Shown: piece by piece, positions 9,574 to 19,946 of the stretch
Layout: each line of letters starts with the position of its first letter
Numbering within the stretch: the stretch's first letter is position 1
Source of the DNA: Hydrurus foetidus
Lineage: Eukaryota
NCBI GenBank assembly: GCA_900617105.1
Contig: UYFQ01000001.1
Coordinates: forward strand, 1,550,001-1,614,000
Direction: 5' to 3'
DNA length: 64,000 nucleotides
Translations under genes and position numbers: made by a program
Notes under the pieces: generated by a model
Seen by the model: only the letters and a program-made list of their open reading frames with translations
What the model was told of the DNA's origin: nothing
The model's database searches: none

Positions 9574-10311
9574 ATGACCCAAGTTGCAACCACCCCGCGC
9601 GCCGACAAAATCCTGATTGTCGATGACGACGCCCGCATTCGAGACCTGCTGCGCCGCTACTTGGCGCAAGAGGGTTTCGAAGTTATTTTGGCCGAAGACA
9701 GCAAGGCACTAAACCGCATCATGTTGCGCGACGCGGTTGATTTGATCGTGCTCGACCTGATGATGCCCGGCGAAGACGGCTTGTCGATTTGCCGCCGCCT
9801 GCGCGCAGCCAACGACCGCACGCCGATCATCATGCTGACCGCCAAGGGCGAAGACGTTGACCGCATTGTGGGCCTGGAAGTCGGCGCCGACGACTATTTA
9901 TCCAAGCCGTTTAACCCACGCGAATTGCTGGCCCGCATTCATGCCGTGCTGCGCCGCCGCCCGGCAACCGAAGTGCCCGGCGCCCCGTCGATGGACCAGG
10001 AAGTCATTACCTTCGGCCCGTTTTCGTTTGACATGGGCCTGCGCAGCCTGCACAAAAACGGCGAAGAGCTGCCGCTGACCACTGGCGAATTTGCGATGCT
10101 GAAAACACTAGTGCGCCACCCGCGCCAGCCGCTGTCGCGTGAAAAGCTGGCCCAGCTGGCGCGCGGCCGCGAATTTGAGCCGTTTGACCGCAGCCTGGAC
10201 GTGCAGGTTTCGCGTCTGCGCAAGCTGGTCGAAGCCGATGCTGCCGCGCCGCGTTATATTCAAACCGTGTGGGGCGTGGGTTATGTGTTTGTGCCGGATG
10301 GCACTAACTAA
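9574..10311 (+). CDS. ompR: OmpR-family response regulator (OmpR/RisA-like)
   Basis: VDDD, LDLMMP, GADDYLSKPF, winged helix YIQTVWGVGY; RBS aagga. Confidence 0.9.
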   Translation: MTQVATTPRADKILIVDDDARIRDLLRRYLAQEGFEVILAEDSKALNRIMLRDAVDLIVLDLMMPGEDGLSICRRLRAANDRTPIIMLTAKGEDVDRIVGLEVGADDYLSKPFNPRELLARIHAVLRRRPATEVPGAPSMDQEVITFGPFSFDMGLRSLHKNGEELPLTTGEFAMLKTLVRHPRQPLSREKLAQLARGREFEPFDRSLDVQVSRLRKLVEADAAAPRYIQTVWGVGYVFVPDGTN

Positions 10312-10375
10312 ATAACCAAGGTAAGCAAGGCCGCCCTCAACGCATTCGTTAACTTAACCCAAGAGAAAAAACCCA

Positions 10376-11779
10376 ATGCTGCTAGCGCGCTCAAGGCTTG
10401 ACGACGTCGGCAGCAGACCGGCCTCGCTTGAAACCGCGCCCGCGCCGCTCGACATGCGGCCGCGCCGGGGTTTCAGCTTGTTCTGGCGAACGTTTTTTTT
10501 CTTGGCGTTGCTGCTGTTTGGCTCCATCGTGGCCTGGCTGCAGACGTATCGGGCGCTTGAGTCTGAGCCTCGCGCCATCGAAAGCGCGCAGCAACTGGCC
10601 TCGCTGGTCAATTTGAGCCGGGTGGCCCTGCGCTTTTCTGACTCGATTGCGCGCGTCACGTTAATCAAGACGCTGGCCGACGAGGAGCGCGTAAAAATCA
10701 CCCTGCGTGAACCGCAAGACAGATTTGAGCTGCCCGAGGGCGACGCGCTGCGCCAACGCATCAGCGCAGAACTGAAAGCACGCCTTGGTGAGGGCACTAT
10801 CGTTGCCAGCAAAGTCAATGGCCAAGACGGTCTGTGGGTCGGGTTTTCAATCGACCGCGACGCCTACTGGTTGCAAACCGACGAATCGCGGATTGGCCCG
10901 TCGCGCGGCACCACTTGGGTCAGTTGGCTGCTGACGGCAGCGGCACTGTCGCTGGCCGGTGCGGCACTGTTTGCCCGGCTGATTAACCGGCCGCTCAAGC
11001 AGCTGTCGTTTGCCGCCAGCCGCATGCGCGATGGCGACTTTGACGCCAGCCTGCTCGACGAAAAAGCAGCCACCAGCGAGATCCGCGAAGTCAATATTGG
11101 CTTTAATCGCATGGCCGAGCAACTGTCAAAAATTGAACAAGACCGGGTCATCATGCTTGCCGGCATATCGCACGACTTGCGTACGCCGCTGGCCCGGCTG
11201 CGGCTGGAAACCGAGCTCAGCGTGACCGACCTGGAGGCGCGCGCCCACATGGCCGCTGACATCACGCAGCTCGACGCCATCATTGACAAGTTTTTAGACT
11301 ACGCTCGGCCCGAACCTGCTGAGCTGGCGCCGGTGTCGCTGAACGCCGTGGTCGACGCTGCCGTGTACGCGGTAGGCGACGCAGACGACATGCGAATTGC
11401 GCTGGACTTGCCCGACAAACTCGATGTGCTGGCCGATGAAATTGAGCTGCTGCGCGTGGTTTCTAACCTGATTGAAAACGCAAGGCGCTATGGCAAATCA
11501 GTCGACACGGGCATTGCGATGATTGATATTTCAGCGAAGATTCGCGACCAGTGGGTGCTGATCAAAATACGCGACCATGGCCTGGGCGTGTCGGCCGAGA
11601 CGCTGCCTAAACTGACCCGCCCGTTTTTCAGGGGTGACGCAGCGCGCACCGCGGCCACCGGCGCGGGTTTGGGTTTGGCGATTGTTGAAAAAACCATCGC
11701 CCGCATGGGCGGCGTTTTTAAGTTGACCAACACCTCATCGGCTGGGCTGGCAGCGCACATCAAGTTGCGGCGCAGTTGA
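10376..11779 (+). CDS. EnvZ-like sensor histidine kinase
   Basis: 2 TM + HAMP, SHDLRTPL H-box, NLIENA, DHG, GAGLGL. Confidence 0.92.
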   Translation: MLLARSRLDDVGSRPASLETAPAPLDMRPRRGFSLFWRTFFFLALLLFGSIVAWLQTYRALESEPRAIESAQQLASLVNLSRVALRFSDSIARVTLIKTLADEERVKITLREPQDRFELPEGDALRQRISAELKARLGEGTIVASKVNGQDGLWVGFSIDRDAYWLQTDESRIGPSRGTTWVSWLLTAAALSLAGAALFARLINRPLKQLSFAASRMRDGDFDASLLDEKAATSEIREVNIGFNRMAEQLSKIEQDRVIMLAGISHDLRTPLARLRLETELSVTDLEARAHMAADITQLDAIIDKFLDYARPEPAELAPVSLNAVVDAAVYAVGDADDMRIALDLPDKLDVLADEIELLRVVSNLIENARRYGKSVDTGIAMIDISAKIRDQWVLIKIRDHGLGVSAETLPKLTRPFFRGDAARTAATGAGLGLAIVEKTIARMGGVFKLTNTSSAGLAAHIKLRRS

Positions 11780-11831
11780 TTGATTTTGGGCTCAAAATGC
11801 CCAAAAATGCCTGGCTTTATCCACAAAACGG

Positions 11832-11880
11832 GCCTGTGGCCCAATAAATTTAGGCGCAAGCAGCTCATTTATTAATAGCA
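11832..11880 (-). repeat. 49-bp dispersed motif, copy 4 (intergenic)
   Basis: revcomp tgctat-taataaa-tgagc-tgct-tgcgcc-taaatttatt-gggccacaggc. Confidence 0.9.
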
Positions 11881-11897
11881 AATATATTCGCTCAGCG

Positions 11898-12395
11898 CTA
11901 AGCAGATTCAAACACCAACGCCACCGCGCGCGCCTCAATGGCCAAGCCCTGCCCCACCGGGCCGAGTTTTTCTGCGGTTTTGGCTTTGATGTTGATGCGG
12001 TTCACGTCCAGATTTAATGCCTCGGCAATCGCCTGCCGCATCGCTGGAATATGGCCTGCCAGCTTGGGTGCTTGCGCGATCACGGTGCTGTCAATGTTGC
12101 TGATTTGGTAGCCGGCCATGCCCAAAAGTTTGGCAGTTTCAACCAATAGCGCCATCGAGTCAGCGCCTTTAAATTTGGCATCCGTGTCTGAAAAATGCGT
12201 GCCAATATCGCCCAGCCCGGCAGCGCCCAGCAACGCGTCAATGATGGCGTGTAGCAGCACATCGGCATCTGAGTGGCCTAGCAACCCGGTCGTGTGCGGC
12301 ACATCGACCCCGCCGATGATGAGCTTGCGGCCAGGCACCAGCGCGTGGGTGTCCCAGCCTTCGCCGATGCGGATATTGGGGAAATCAATTGCCAT
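11898..12395 (-). CDS. ispF: 2-C-methyl-D-erythritol 2,4-cyclodiphosphate synthase
   Basis: [26 protein letters not shown]. Confidence 0.96.
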   Translation of the reverse strand: MAIDFPNIRIGEGWDTHALVPGRKLIIGGVDVPHTTGLLGHSDADVLLHAIIDALLGAAGLGDIGTHFSDTDAKFKGADSMALLVETAKLLGMAGYQISNIDSTVIAQAPKLAGHIPAMRQAIAEALNLDVNRINIKAKTAEKLGPVGQGLAIEARAVALVFESA

Positions 12396-12415
12396 TTTTT
12401 GCTTTCATACGGCCT

Positions 12416-13153
12416 TTATTTGCATTGACTCGGCACTGACTCGGCATTTGTTCGGCTTTTTAAAACCGCCTCTGCCAGCGCAAAGTCATCGGGATAGGTC
12501 ACTTTGAAGTTTTGCGCGCTGCCCGGCACCAGTAGCGGCTTTCGACCCTGAGCTTCGATTGCGCTTGACTCGTCTGTTACCGCATCACCTGCGGCTTCAA
12601 GCGCCTCTAAAAGCGGGCCAATTCGAAACATTTGCGGGGTTTGTGCCAGCCATTTGTCGGCTCGGGCAATCGTGGCTGACACCCGGCCATCGGCGCTGCT
12701 TTTCAGGGTGTCTGGCAGCGGTAAAGCCAGCAATCCACCCACCGCATCATTTTGGCAGGCGTCCATCAGCGTATTGATTTGCTCAGGCGTCACCAGGCAC
12801 CGCGCCGCGTCGTGCACCAGCACCCAGTCGCTTGGCTTGGCAGCGTGTTCGAGCAGGGCTTGCAGGCCGTTGCGCACGCTCAGCGCGCGGGTTGCGCCGC
12901 CTACCGCAACCTGCACACCGCCGTGCTGGTTAAAGTCCGGGCAGGCCTGCGCAAAGCCCCTATCGGCGGGGGCGGTCACCACCCAAATACTTGACAAGCG
13001 AGCCACTTGCCTGAAGGCCTGCAGCGTGTGCCACACCATGGCGTTGGCGGCCAGCAACTGGTATTGTTTGGGGCTTCCAGTACCCGCCCGGCTGCCTAAG
13101 CCAGCGCAAGGAATCAAGGCAAAAAAACGGGACTTGTCTGGCTCTGGCTTCAT
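12416..13153 (-). CDS. ispD: 2-C-methyl-D-erythritol 4-phosphate cytidylyltransferase
   Basis: AGLGSR..PKQY, VLVHDAAR, AQTPQ, NFKVTYPDD. Confidence 0.96.
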   Translation of the reverse strand: MKPEPDKSRFFALIPCAGLGSRAGTGSPKQYQLLAANAMVWHTLQAFRQVARLSSIWVVTAPADRGFAQACPDFNQHGGVQVAVGGATRALSVRNGLQALLEHAAKPSDWVLVHDAARCLVTPEQINTLMDACQNDAVGGLLALPLPDTLKSSADGRVSATIARADKWLAQTPQMFRIGPLLEALEAAGDAVTDESSAIEAQGRKPLLVPGSAQNFKVTYPDDFALAEAVLKSRTNAESVPSQCK

Positions 13154-13268
13154 GCGGTCATCATAAATTCTAAAATGCATAAGCTGCGCGAAACAATTGC
13201 GGACAAGCACCCCACTCTTTTTAGTTTGGGGTGCTTTGTATTGGCTACTCACTTTTAACTGTTGATCG

Positions 13269-16200
13269 ATGGACTTACCCAAACTCACCCTCGGCAAACG
13301 CTACACCCTGCCCCAACCTGTGGGGTCGGCAGACGCACTTTTGATTGGGCAAATAGCCCTGCGTGAAAAGGCGGCTGGCAAGCTGGTTGCCATCGTCACC
13401 TCAGACGCCACCACCGCCCAGCGCCTGATGCAGGAGCTGGCCTTTTTCGCCCCCGATTTGCGTTGCGCGTTGTTCCCTGACTGGGAAACGCTGCCTTACG
13501 ACACGTTTTCGCCGCACCAGGACCTGATCAGCGAGCGCTTGGCTACGCTGTGGCGGATTCAGCAGCGGAACAAAGATTCAGGTGCTGATGTCGTCATCGT
13601 GCCCGCCACCACCGCCCTTTACCGCCTGGCCCCGCCCAGCTTTTTGGCGGGCTACACATTTGAATTCAAGGTCAAACAAAAGCTGGACGAAGCGAAGTTA
13701 AAGGCGCAGCTAACACTGGCCGGGTATAGCCACGTGACGCAAGTTGTCAGCCCCGGTGAATACGCGGTGCGCGGCGGGCTGATTGACTTGTTCCCGATGG
13801 GTTCACTCGTGCCGTACCGCGTTGATTTGTTTGACGATGAAATCGACAGTATTCGCACGTTTGACCCCGACACCCAGCGCAGCTTGTACCCCGTGCCAGA
13901 AGTACGCCTGCTGCCAGGCCGCGAGTTTCCGATGGACGACGATGCACGGGCGAGATTCAGAAGCCGCTGGCGTGAACTGCTCGATGGCGACCCAACCAAA
14001 AGCCGCATCTACAAGGACATCGGCAATGGCGTTGCCACAGCAGGTATTGAATATTATTTGCCGCTGTTTTTTGAAGAGACAGCGACGGTATTTGACTATC
14101 TTGGGGCCAACGCCACCGTGGTTTTGCATGGTGACCTGGAGCCTGCTTTTCAGCGCTTTTGGCAAGACACCAAAGACCGTTACCGCCTGGTCAAAGACGC
14201 GCCAGACCGGCCTGCGCTGCCGCCTGAATCGCTGTTTTTGTCGGCTGAACAGTTTTATGCCCGGGCTAATAACTACGCGCAGCTGGCTTTTAAAACCGGA
14301 CGCGGGGAGAGCCCTCACCCTAGCCCTCTCCCGCTGGCGGGAGAGGGGACGAATGCGGACTTGCGCCCTCTCCCGAGCACGGGAGAGGGCGGGGGTGAGG
14401 GCTCTGCGTATGCGGAGTTTCAAAACCTAGAGCCTATGGCCGTCGTGCGCGGCGCAGAAGACCCGCTAACCCTCCTAAAAGCCCACATCAAAAACACGCC
14501 CCAGCGCGTGTTGATACTGGCCGAGAGCGATGGCCGCCGCGAGAGCCTGTTGGACTTCTTGCGCGCCAGCGGCGTGAGCCCACCCGCGTTCGACTCGCTC
14601 GAAGACTTCCAGACCAGCCCAGAAAAACTGGGCATTGCCACGTCTTCATTGAACGTGGGTTTCAGCTGGCTTAAAGGCGACATTGACTTCATCACCGAGA
14701 CCGAGCTGTTTGCCGCAGGCATGGCCGTGCGCCGACGCAATAAAAAGCAAGAGAAAGTCAGCGATGTAGAAGCGCTGATCAAAGACCTGTCAGAACTGAA
14801 CGTGGGCGACCCGGTGGTGCACAGCGCCCACGGCATTGGCCGCTACAAGGGGCTGATCAACATGGACCTGGGGCAAGGGCCATCCGAGTTTTTGCATTTG
14901 CAGTATGCCGACGACGCGACGCTGTATGTGCCGGTCAGCCAATTGCAGCAGATCAGCCGCTACACCGGCGTCAGTGCCGACGAGGCGCCATTGCACCGCC
15001 TGGGCGGCGCGGCGTGGGACAAAGCCAAGCGCAAAGCCGCCGAGCAAGTGCGCGACTCGGCTGCCGAGCTGCTCAACATTTATGCAAGACGTGCCGCACG
15101 CGAAGGCCACGCCTTCCGTTATTCGCCTAACGATTACGAAACCTTCGCCAACGACTTTGGCTTTGACGAAACCGCCGACCAAAGCGCCGCTATTCATGCC
15201 GTGATTCAGGACATGATCAGCCCACGCCCGATGGACCGGCTGGTTTGTGGAGATGTGGGTTTTGGCAAGACTGAAGTCGCTTTACGCGCGGCTTTTATTG
15301 CGATCACCGGCGGTAAGCAGGTCGCCCTGCTTGCCCCCACCACGCTTCTGGCCGAGCAGCACTTTCAAACGCTGAGCGACCGCTTTGCCAAGTGGCCCGT
15401 CAAGGTGGCGGAGATGAGCCGGTTCAGGTCCGCCAAAGAAATCACCGCCGCTATCAAGGGCATTGCTGACGGCACGATTGACATCGTGGTTGGCACGCAC
15501 AAACTGCTGAGCAAAGACATCAACTTCCAGCGCCTTGGTTTGCTGATCATCGACGAAGAACACCGCTTTGGCGTGCGCCACAAAGAGGCCATGAAAGCCA
15601 TGCGCGCCGAAGTCGATGTGCTGACGCTGACCGCTACGCCGATTCCGCGCACGCTGGGCATGGCACTTGAGGGTTTGCGTGATTTAAGTGTCATAGCCAC
15701 CGCCCCGCAGCGCCGGCTTGCTATCAAAACCTTTGTGCGCAGCGAGAGCAATGGCGTGATTCGCGAGGCTGTGCTGCGTGAACTCAAGCGCGGTGGGCAG
15801 GTTTACTTTTTGCATAACGAGGTGGAAACCATTCAAAACCGCCGCGAAAAGCTTGAAGCCTTGCTGCCAGAAGCCCGCATAGCGGTCGCCCACGGCCAGA
15901 TGCCCGAGCGCGAACTGGAGCGCGTGATGAAAGATTTCATCGCGCAGCGCTACAACCTGCTGCTGTGCTCGACGATTATTGAAACTGGCATTGACGTGCC
16001 CACGGCCAACACCATCGTGATGGCGCGCGCCGACAAGTTTGGCCTGGCGCAACTGCACCAGCTGCGTGGCCGTGTGGGCCGTAGCCACCACCAGGCTTAT
16101 GCCTATTTGATGGTGCCCGACATTGAAGGCCTGACCAAGCACGCCAGCCAGCGGCTGGAAGCGATTCAGCAAATGGAGGAACTCGGTTCAGGCTTTTACC

Positions 16201-16832
16201 TGGCCATGCACGACCTGGAAATTCGCGGCACCGGCGAGGTGCTGGGTGAAAACCAGTCCGGCAACATGATGGAAATTGGATTTCAGCTCTACAACGAAAT
16301 GCTGTCTGAAGCGGTGCGCTGCCTGAAGGCTGGCATTGAGCCCGATTTGCTGAACCCGATGACAGTGACGACCGAGATCAATCTGCACGCCCCCGCCTTG
16401 CTGCCCGACGACTATTGCGGCGATGTGCATTTGCGCCTGAGCTTTTACAAAAAGCTGGCAACGGCTAAAAACACAGACCAGATCGACGCGCTGCTGGAAG
16501 AAATCGTTGACCGCTTCGGCAAGCTGCCGCCGCAAGGCCAAACGCTGATCGACGTGCACCGCCTGCGGGTGATTGCCAAACCGTACGGCGTGGTCAAGGT
16601 GGACGCTGCGCCGGGTGTGATCAACATTACCTTCAAAAAAGACCCGCCGATTGACTCGATGGCCATCATGCATCTGATTCAGAAAAACCGGCATATCAAG
16701 CTGGCGGGCAATGACAAACTGCGCGTTGAAAAGGAACTGCCCGAGGCAAAAGACAGGGCGCAAATGGTGCGGGATGTGCTGCGAAGTTTGGGGCAGCCGA
16801 AGGTGGTGGAGGCATTGGAAAAGACAATGTGA
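13269..16832 (+). CDS. mfd: Transcription-repair coupling factor
   Basis: FPDWETLPYD, GDVGFGKT, DEEH, QLRGRVGR, TRCF C-domain. Confidence 0.98.
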   Translation: MDLPKLTLGKRYTLPQPVGSADALLIGQIALREKAAGKLVAIVTSDATTAQRLMQELAFFAPDLRCALFPDWETLPYDTFSPHQDLISERLATLWRIQQRNKDSGADVVIVPATTALYRLAPPSFLAGYTFEFKVKQKLDEAKLKAQLTLAGYSHVTQVVSPGEYAVRGGLIDLFPMGSLVPYRVDLFDDEIDSIRTFDPDTQRSLYPVPEVRLLPGREFPMDDDARARFRSRWRELLDGDPTKSRIYKDIGNGVATAGIEYYLPLFFEETATVFDYLGANATVVLHGDLEPAFQRFWQDTKDRYRLVKDAPDRPALPPESLFLSAEQFYARANNYAQLAFKTGRGESPHPSPLPLAGEGTNADLRPLPSTGEGGGEGSAYAEFQNLEPMAVVRGAEDPLTLLKAHIKNTPQRVLILAESDGRRESLLDFLRASGVSPPAFDSLEDFQTSPEKLGIATSSLNVGFSWLKGDIDFITETELFAAGMAVRRRNKKQEKVSDVEALIKDLSELNVGDPVVHSAHGIGRYKGLINMDLGQGPSEFLHLQYADDATLYVPVSQLQQISRYTGVSADEAPLHRLGGAAWDKAKRKAAEQVRDSAAELLNIYARRAAREGHAFRYSPNDYETFANDFGFDETADQSAAIHAVIQDMISPRPMDRLVCGDVGFGKTEVALRAAFIAITGGKQVALLAPTTLLAEQHFQTLSDRFAKWPVKVAEMSRFRSAKEITAAIKGIADGTIDIVVGTHKLLSKDINFQRLGLLIIDEEHRFGVRHKEAMKAMRAEVDVLTLTATPIPRTLGMALEGLRDLSVIATAPQRRLAIKTFVRSESNGVIREAVLRELKRGGQVYFLHNEVETIQNRREKLEALLPEARIAVAHGQMPERELERVMKDFIAQRYNLLLCSTIIETGIDVPTANTIVMARADKFGLAQLHQLRGRVGRSHHQAYAYLMVPDIEGLTKHASQRLEAIQQMEELGSGFYLAMHDLEIRGTGEVLGENQSGNMMEIGFQLYNEMLSEAVRCLKAGIEPDLLNPMTVTTEINLHAPALLPDDYCGDVHLRLSFYKKLATAKNTDQIDALLEEIVDRFGKLPPQGQTLIDVHRLRVIAKPYGVVKVDAAPGVINITFKKDPPIDSMAIMHLIQKNRHIKLAGNDKLRVEKELPEAKDRAQMVRDVLRSLGQPKVVEALEKTM
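14308..14405. repeat. BoxC-like palindromic element read in frame inside mfd
   Basis: 13-bp terminal IR agagccctcaccc/gggtgagggctct enclosing two ccctctcccg..cgggagaggg hairpins. Confidence 0.85.
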
Positions 16833-16834
16833 TT

Positions 16835-16862
16835 TTTAGCATATGTCAAGGCCTATGCTAAA
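16835..16862. promoter_or_regulatory. Putative VapBC autoregulatory operator
   Basis: TTTAGCATA-N10-TATGCTAAA inverted repeat 30 bp upstream of vapB. Confidence 0.65.
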
Positions 16863-16892
16863 CTTGCACTGGTCGAATTTCAGGAGTGCAAC

Positions 16893-17213
16893 ATGAACCA
16901 CGTCTCCGACATCATCCCCGAATACTTGGCTGATAGCCCTGTTCAAAACACGGGCCGTAAGGTCAGCCTGTTCCGCAACGGTTCCAATCAGGCGGTGCGC
17001 ATCCCCAAAGAATTTGAGTTGCCCGGCAAGCAGGCCACGATGCGGCGCGTGGGCAATCGATTGATCATTGATTTGGTCGAACCCAAGCACCCCAGAGGTA
17101 GCGCAGCCGCGCTTGTAGCGGCACTGGAAAGCATGAAAGACTGGGAGCCTGTGCTTGAAGAGTTTCCAGACGTTGATGAGGGCTTGCTACCGCTGGACGA
17201 CATCGTTCTATGA
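16893..17213 (+). CDS. vapB: AbrB-type antitoxin
   Basis: SLFRNGSNQAVRIPKEFE motif; overlaps the PIN toxin by 4 nt. Confidence 0.9.
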   Translation: MNHVSDIIPEYLADSPVQNTGRKVSLFRNGSNQAVRIPKEFELPGKQATMRRVGNRLIIDLVEPKHPRGSAAALVAALESMKDWEPVLEEFPDVDEGLLPLDDIVL

Positions 17214-17725
17214 CCAAGCTCTATTTTTTCGACACCAATATCATCTCGCACATGATGCGCGAAACCGCGGGACTGGCCGCCCAACGATATATAGCCGCCG
17301 CAAAGGCCAACACTTCTACAAAGATCGCAACCAGCGTGATCGTGCAGTGCGAGTTGGAGTTTGGACTTGTACGCCGACCCAACCAGCGCCTCAGAGCGGC
17401 ATACGAAAACATAGTGCCGTTACTCGAGGTTATGCCATTAACCGAGCTTGTCACTGCCCACTACGCCCAACTGCGCACCCAACTTGAAACCGCTGGCACA
17501 CCTATCGGCGCAAATGACATGCTGATTGCAGCCCACGCCATGTCCATAGACGCAACACTTGTCAGTGCCGACGCCGAATTTTTGCGCGTGCCTGGGTTAC
17601 GTGTTGAAAACTGGCTGGCAGAAGAGGAGTCCGAGCTGACAACCTGGAATGACGGAAAAGTTAAAAAAAGCGACAAAATTAGCCTACAGCCCAATAAAAA
17701 TGGGCGCAAACAGCTCCTAAAATAA
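17210..17725 (+). CDS. vapC: PIN-domain toxin with C-terminal extension
   Basis: DTNI, ELEFG, GTPIGANDMLIAAHA, EFLRVPGLRVENW. Confidence 0.92.
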   Translation: MTKLYFFDTNIISHMMRETAGLAAQRYIAAAKANTSTKIATSVIVQCELEFGLVRRPNQRLRAAYENIVPLLEVMPLTELVTAHYAQLRTQLETAGTPIGANDMLIAAHAMSIDATLVSADAEFLRVPGLRVENWLAEEESELTTWNDGKVKKSDKISLQPNKNGRKQLLK

Positions 17726-17730
17726 TAGTA
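17682..17730 (-). repeat. 49-bp dispersed motif, copy 5 (overlaps vapC 3' end and stop)
   Basis: revcomp tactat-tatttta-ggagc-tgtt-tgcgcc-catttttatt-gggctgtaggc. Confidence 0.9.
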
Positions 17731-17750
17731 ATCAAAACCTGTCATAACAC

Positions 17751-17951
17751 ATGACCCAAGCCAAAGACCTGCTGCAAAGCCTCGACGGTTTAAGCGCGCC
17801 GCGACTGCGCCGTCTGCTGATGGAGCACCTTACCAAGCAAAAGCTGGGGCCGTACTGGGAAGCCAGTGCGATTAATCGAGACGCGGCGCTCAACACCAAT
17901 GTTGTTTTGCCACTCAAGATTGCAAGTGACAATTGCCGTACACGCCTGTAA
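17751..17951 (+). pseudogene. Truncated 5' stub of a second type III mod allele
   Basis: First ~54 codons align without gaps to the N-terminus of the methyltransferase at 19943, then diverge and stop. Confidence 0.85.
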
Positions 17952-17979
17952 CACCGACCAGCCCAAACGAAAGAACAAC

Positions 17980-19380
17980 ATGAAATTTCAATTCACAAGC
18001 CTGGGCGCGATTGACGAGGCGAGCATCGAGATAGCACCGTTGACCATCATTTGCGGGCGCAACAATACCGGAAAAACGTATGCCACGTACGCGATGTACG
18101 CATTTCTATCTATGTGGCGGCAGCTTATCGACTGGGAAGTTGACCGTGCCGATTTAGAAAAGCTGTCGAAAGATGGAGCCGTCTCAGTTGACATGCAAGC
18201 AAAATTTGTGGACAAATGGCCTGAGATAAAAAAGCTTACTTGCACCCGTTGGCAGGAATCTTTGCCGCGATCGCTTGGTGCGCCGGCTTCACGATTTGAA
18301 GATACTCAAATCTCTTTTGATTTTGATATTGATGGTGCTTGGAAATCAGCCAGCTTCAAAGAGGAATTGCGCAGCGGGCAGGGCAAGATTCTCTTTTCAG
18401 CTGAGAAAGCCGAAAACAGCAGCGTTGTCGAGTTTGCGGCATTGACTGACAACGATCGGGGTGAGTTTCCTCGCTTCGCCCTAGAAGAATTTGTCAGTCA
18501 AACCCTGCTTGAAGTCGTGTTGAGCCCCTATCTGCCGACCGTATTCATGGTCAGCACGGAGCGAACTGGCGCTGTCACCTTTAAGGAAGAGTTAAACCTT
18601 ACAAAGAACAAGCTTGTTAACTTCCTAGCAACGATGGACTCCAGCAATGAGATGCAGCATCCCGGCAAACTTTTTGAAGCGATCTACAGCGGCGGATACC
18701 CGTTGCCGGTCGAAAGCAATGTGCAATTTGTCAACCGTTTTGGGTCTTTGGAAAGTCGTTCTGGTTCACTTCTAAAAGAGCATCCAACGTTAGCTTCCGA
18801 TTTTGAAGGTATTGCAGGCGGACAGTACTTGACCAATAAAGACGGCGTCACGCACTTTGTACCTAAGGGTACAAAAATTCAATTGAAGTTACATGAGGCC
18901 TCAAGCGCGGCACGGAGCTTGGTTGTTATCTGGTATTGGCTCAAGGCAGAAGCTGCAAAGGGCCATATGCTGCTGATAGATGAGCCAGAGTTAAACCTAC
19001 ATCCAGAAAATCAACGAGCGTTCGCACGGTTTTTGGCAAAGCTTGTCAACTTGGATGTCAAGGTACTCATCACAACTCACAGCGACACAATAGTGCGCGA
19101 GTTCAATACTTTGATCATGTTGGCACGCGTTAGCCCGCATGCGGAAGCAGTGCGCAGCAAATTCGGATATGGGATAGATGAATGTTTGGGCACCGAAAAA
19201 ATTGTGCTTTACGTAGCCAACGGCCGAAAGCTAACGAAAACTGGCAGACAGAGCGCAGGTACGTCGACATTAGTGCGCGTCGATCCCAGCCCTACTTTAG
19301 GTTTGGCTGCCGAAATTTTTGACTCGACCATTATTGATATGGGCAAAGTCCAAGATGCATTGCGCTACGGAGCGATATAA
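17980..19380 (+). CDS. ABC-superfamily (AAA_15/AAA_21-like) soluble ATPase
   Basis: Walker A GRNNTGKT, degenerate signature ASSAARS, Walker B/D-loop LLIDEPELNLHP, H-loop ITTHS; no TM partner. Confidence 0.88.
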   Translation: MKFQFTSLGAIDEASIEIAPLTIICGRNNTGKTYATYAMYAFLSMWRQLIDWEVDRADLEKLSKDGAVSVDMQAKFVDKWPEIKKLTCTRWQESLPRSLGAPASRFEDTQISFDFDIDGAWKSASFKEELRSGQGKILFSAEKAENSSVVEFAALTDNDRGEFPRFALEEFVSQTLLEVVLSPYLPTVFMVSTERTGAVTFKEELNLTKNKLVNFLATMDSSNEMQHPGKLFEAIYSGGYPLPVESNVQFVNRFGSLESRSGSLLKEHPTLASDFEGIAGGQYLTNKDGVTHFVPKGTKIQLKLHEASSAARSLVVIWYWLKAEAAKGHMLLIDEPELNLHPENQRAFARFLAKLVNLDVKVLITTHSDTIVREFNTLIMLARVSPHAEAVRSKFGYGIDECLGTEKIVLYVANGRKLTKTGRQSAGTSTLVRVDPSPTLGLAAEIFDSTIIDMGKVQDALRYGAI

Positions 19381-19382
19381 CA

Positions 19383-19946
19383 GTGTCGCTAGCAACCTTC
19401 AATGCCATTCGAGCGCTATTAAACAGCAGCAAAATTCAAACCGTCAACCAGTCAGTTCTTAGAATAGAGGAAAAAAGTAAGTCGGCCAGTATGAAACTGA
19501 TCGAAATTGACGGTGTCGGAAAAAACGCGTTTTCAATCAAATACGACGAGTGCGGATTTCCCGGACAAAACCTTTTTGCTCCACATCCCGAACTACATCG
19601 CGGGTGCGATTCAGTGGCATTCTGTGAGTTAGAGGGACAGCCTTACATTTTGTGTTTTGAACTTAAATCGAGTGAGCCTTCGAGACACGATGTCACACCG
19701 CAATTTCGGGGGGCACAATGCTTTCTAGAGTACCTAGAAACTCTGCTGAAAACTTATTCCAGGGTCGACTCTATTTCAAAGTGGCAGCGTCGTTACTACG
19801 TTTTTCACAATCAAGCCACAACGCCACTGAGTAAACGCACATCGCACGATAGTTACGACAACACAACGCCAGAGCAGGCTCTATTTATTGCGGCCAACAC
19901 GGGCGCTAAAACGTATCTTCGGAAACTCTTGGGGAAACCGTTTTGA
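19383..19946 (+). CDS. Putative PD-(D/E)xK nuclease-fold protein
   Basis: EE...RGCD-x16-ELKS-x10-Q pattern; tightly coupled to both neighbours. Confidence 0.6.
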   Translation: MSLATFNAIRALLNSSKIQTVNQSVLRIEEKSKSASMKLIEIDGVGKNAFSIKYDECGFPGQNLFAPHPELHRGCDSVAFCELEGQPYILCFELKSSEPSRHDVTPQFRGAQCFLEYLETLLKTYSRVDSISKWQRRYYVFHNQATTPLSKRTSHDSYDNTTPEQALFIAANTGAKTYLRKLLGKPF

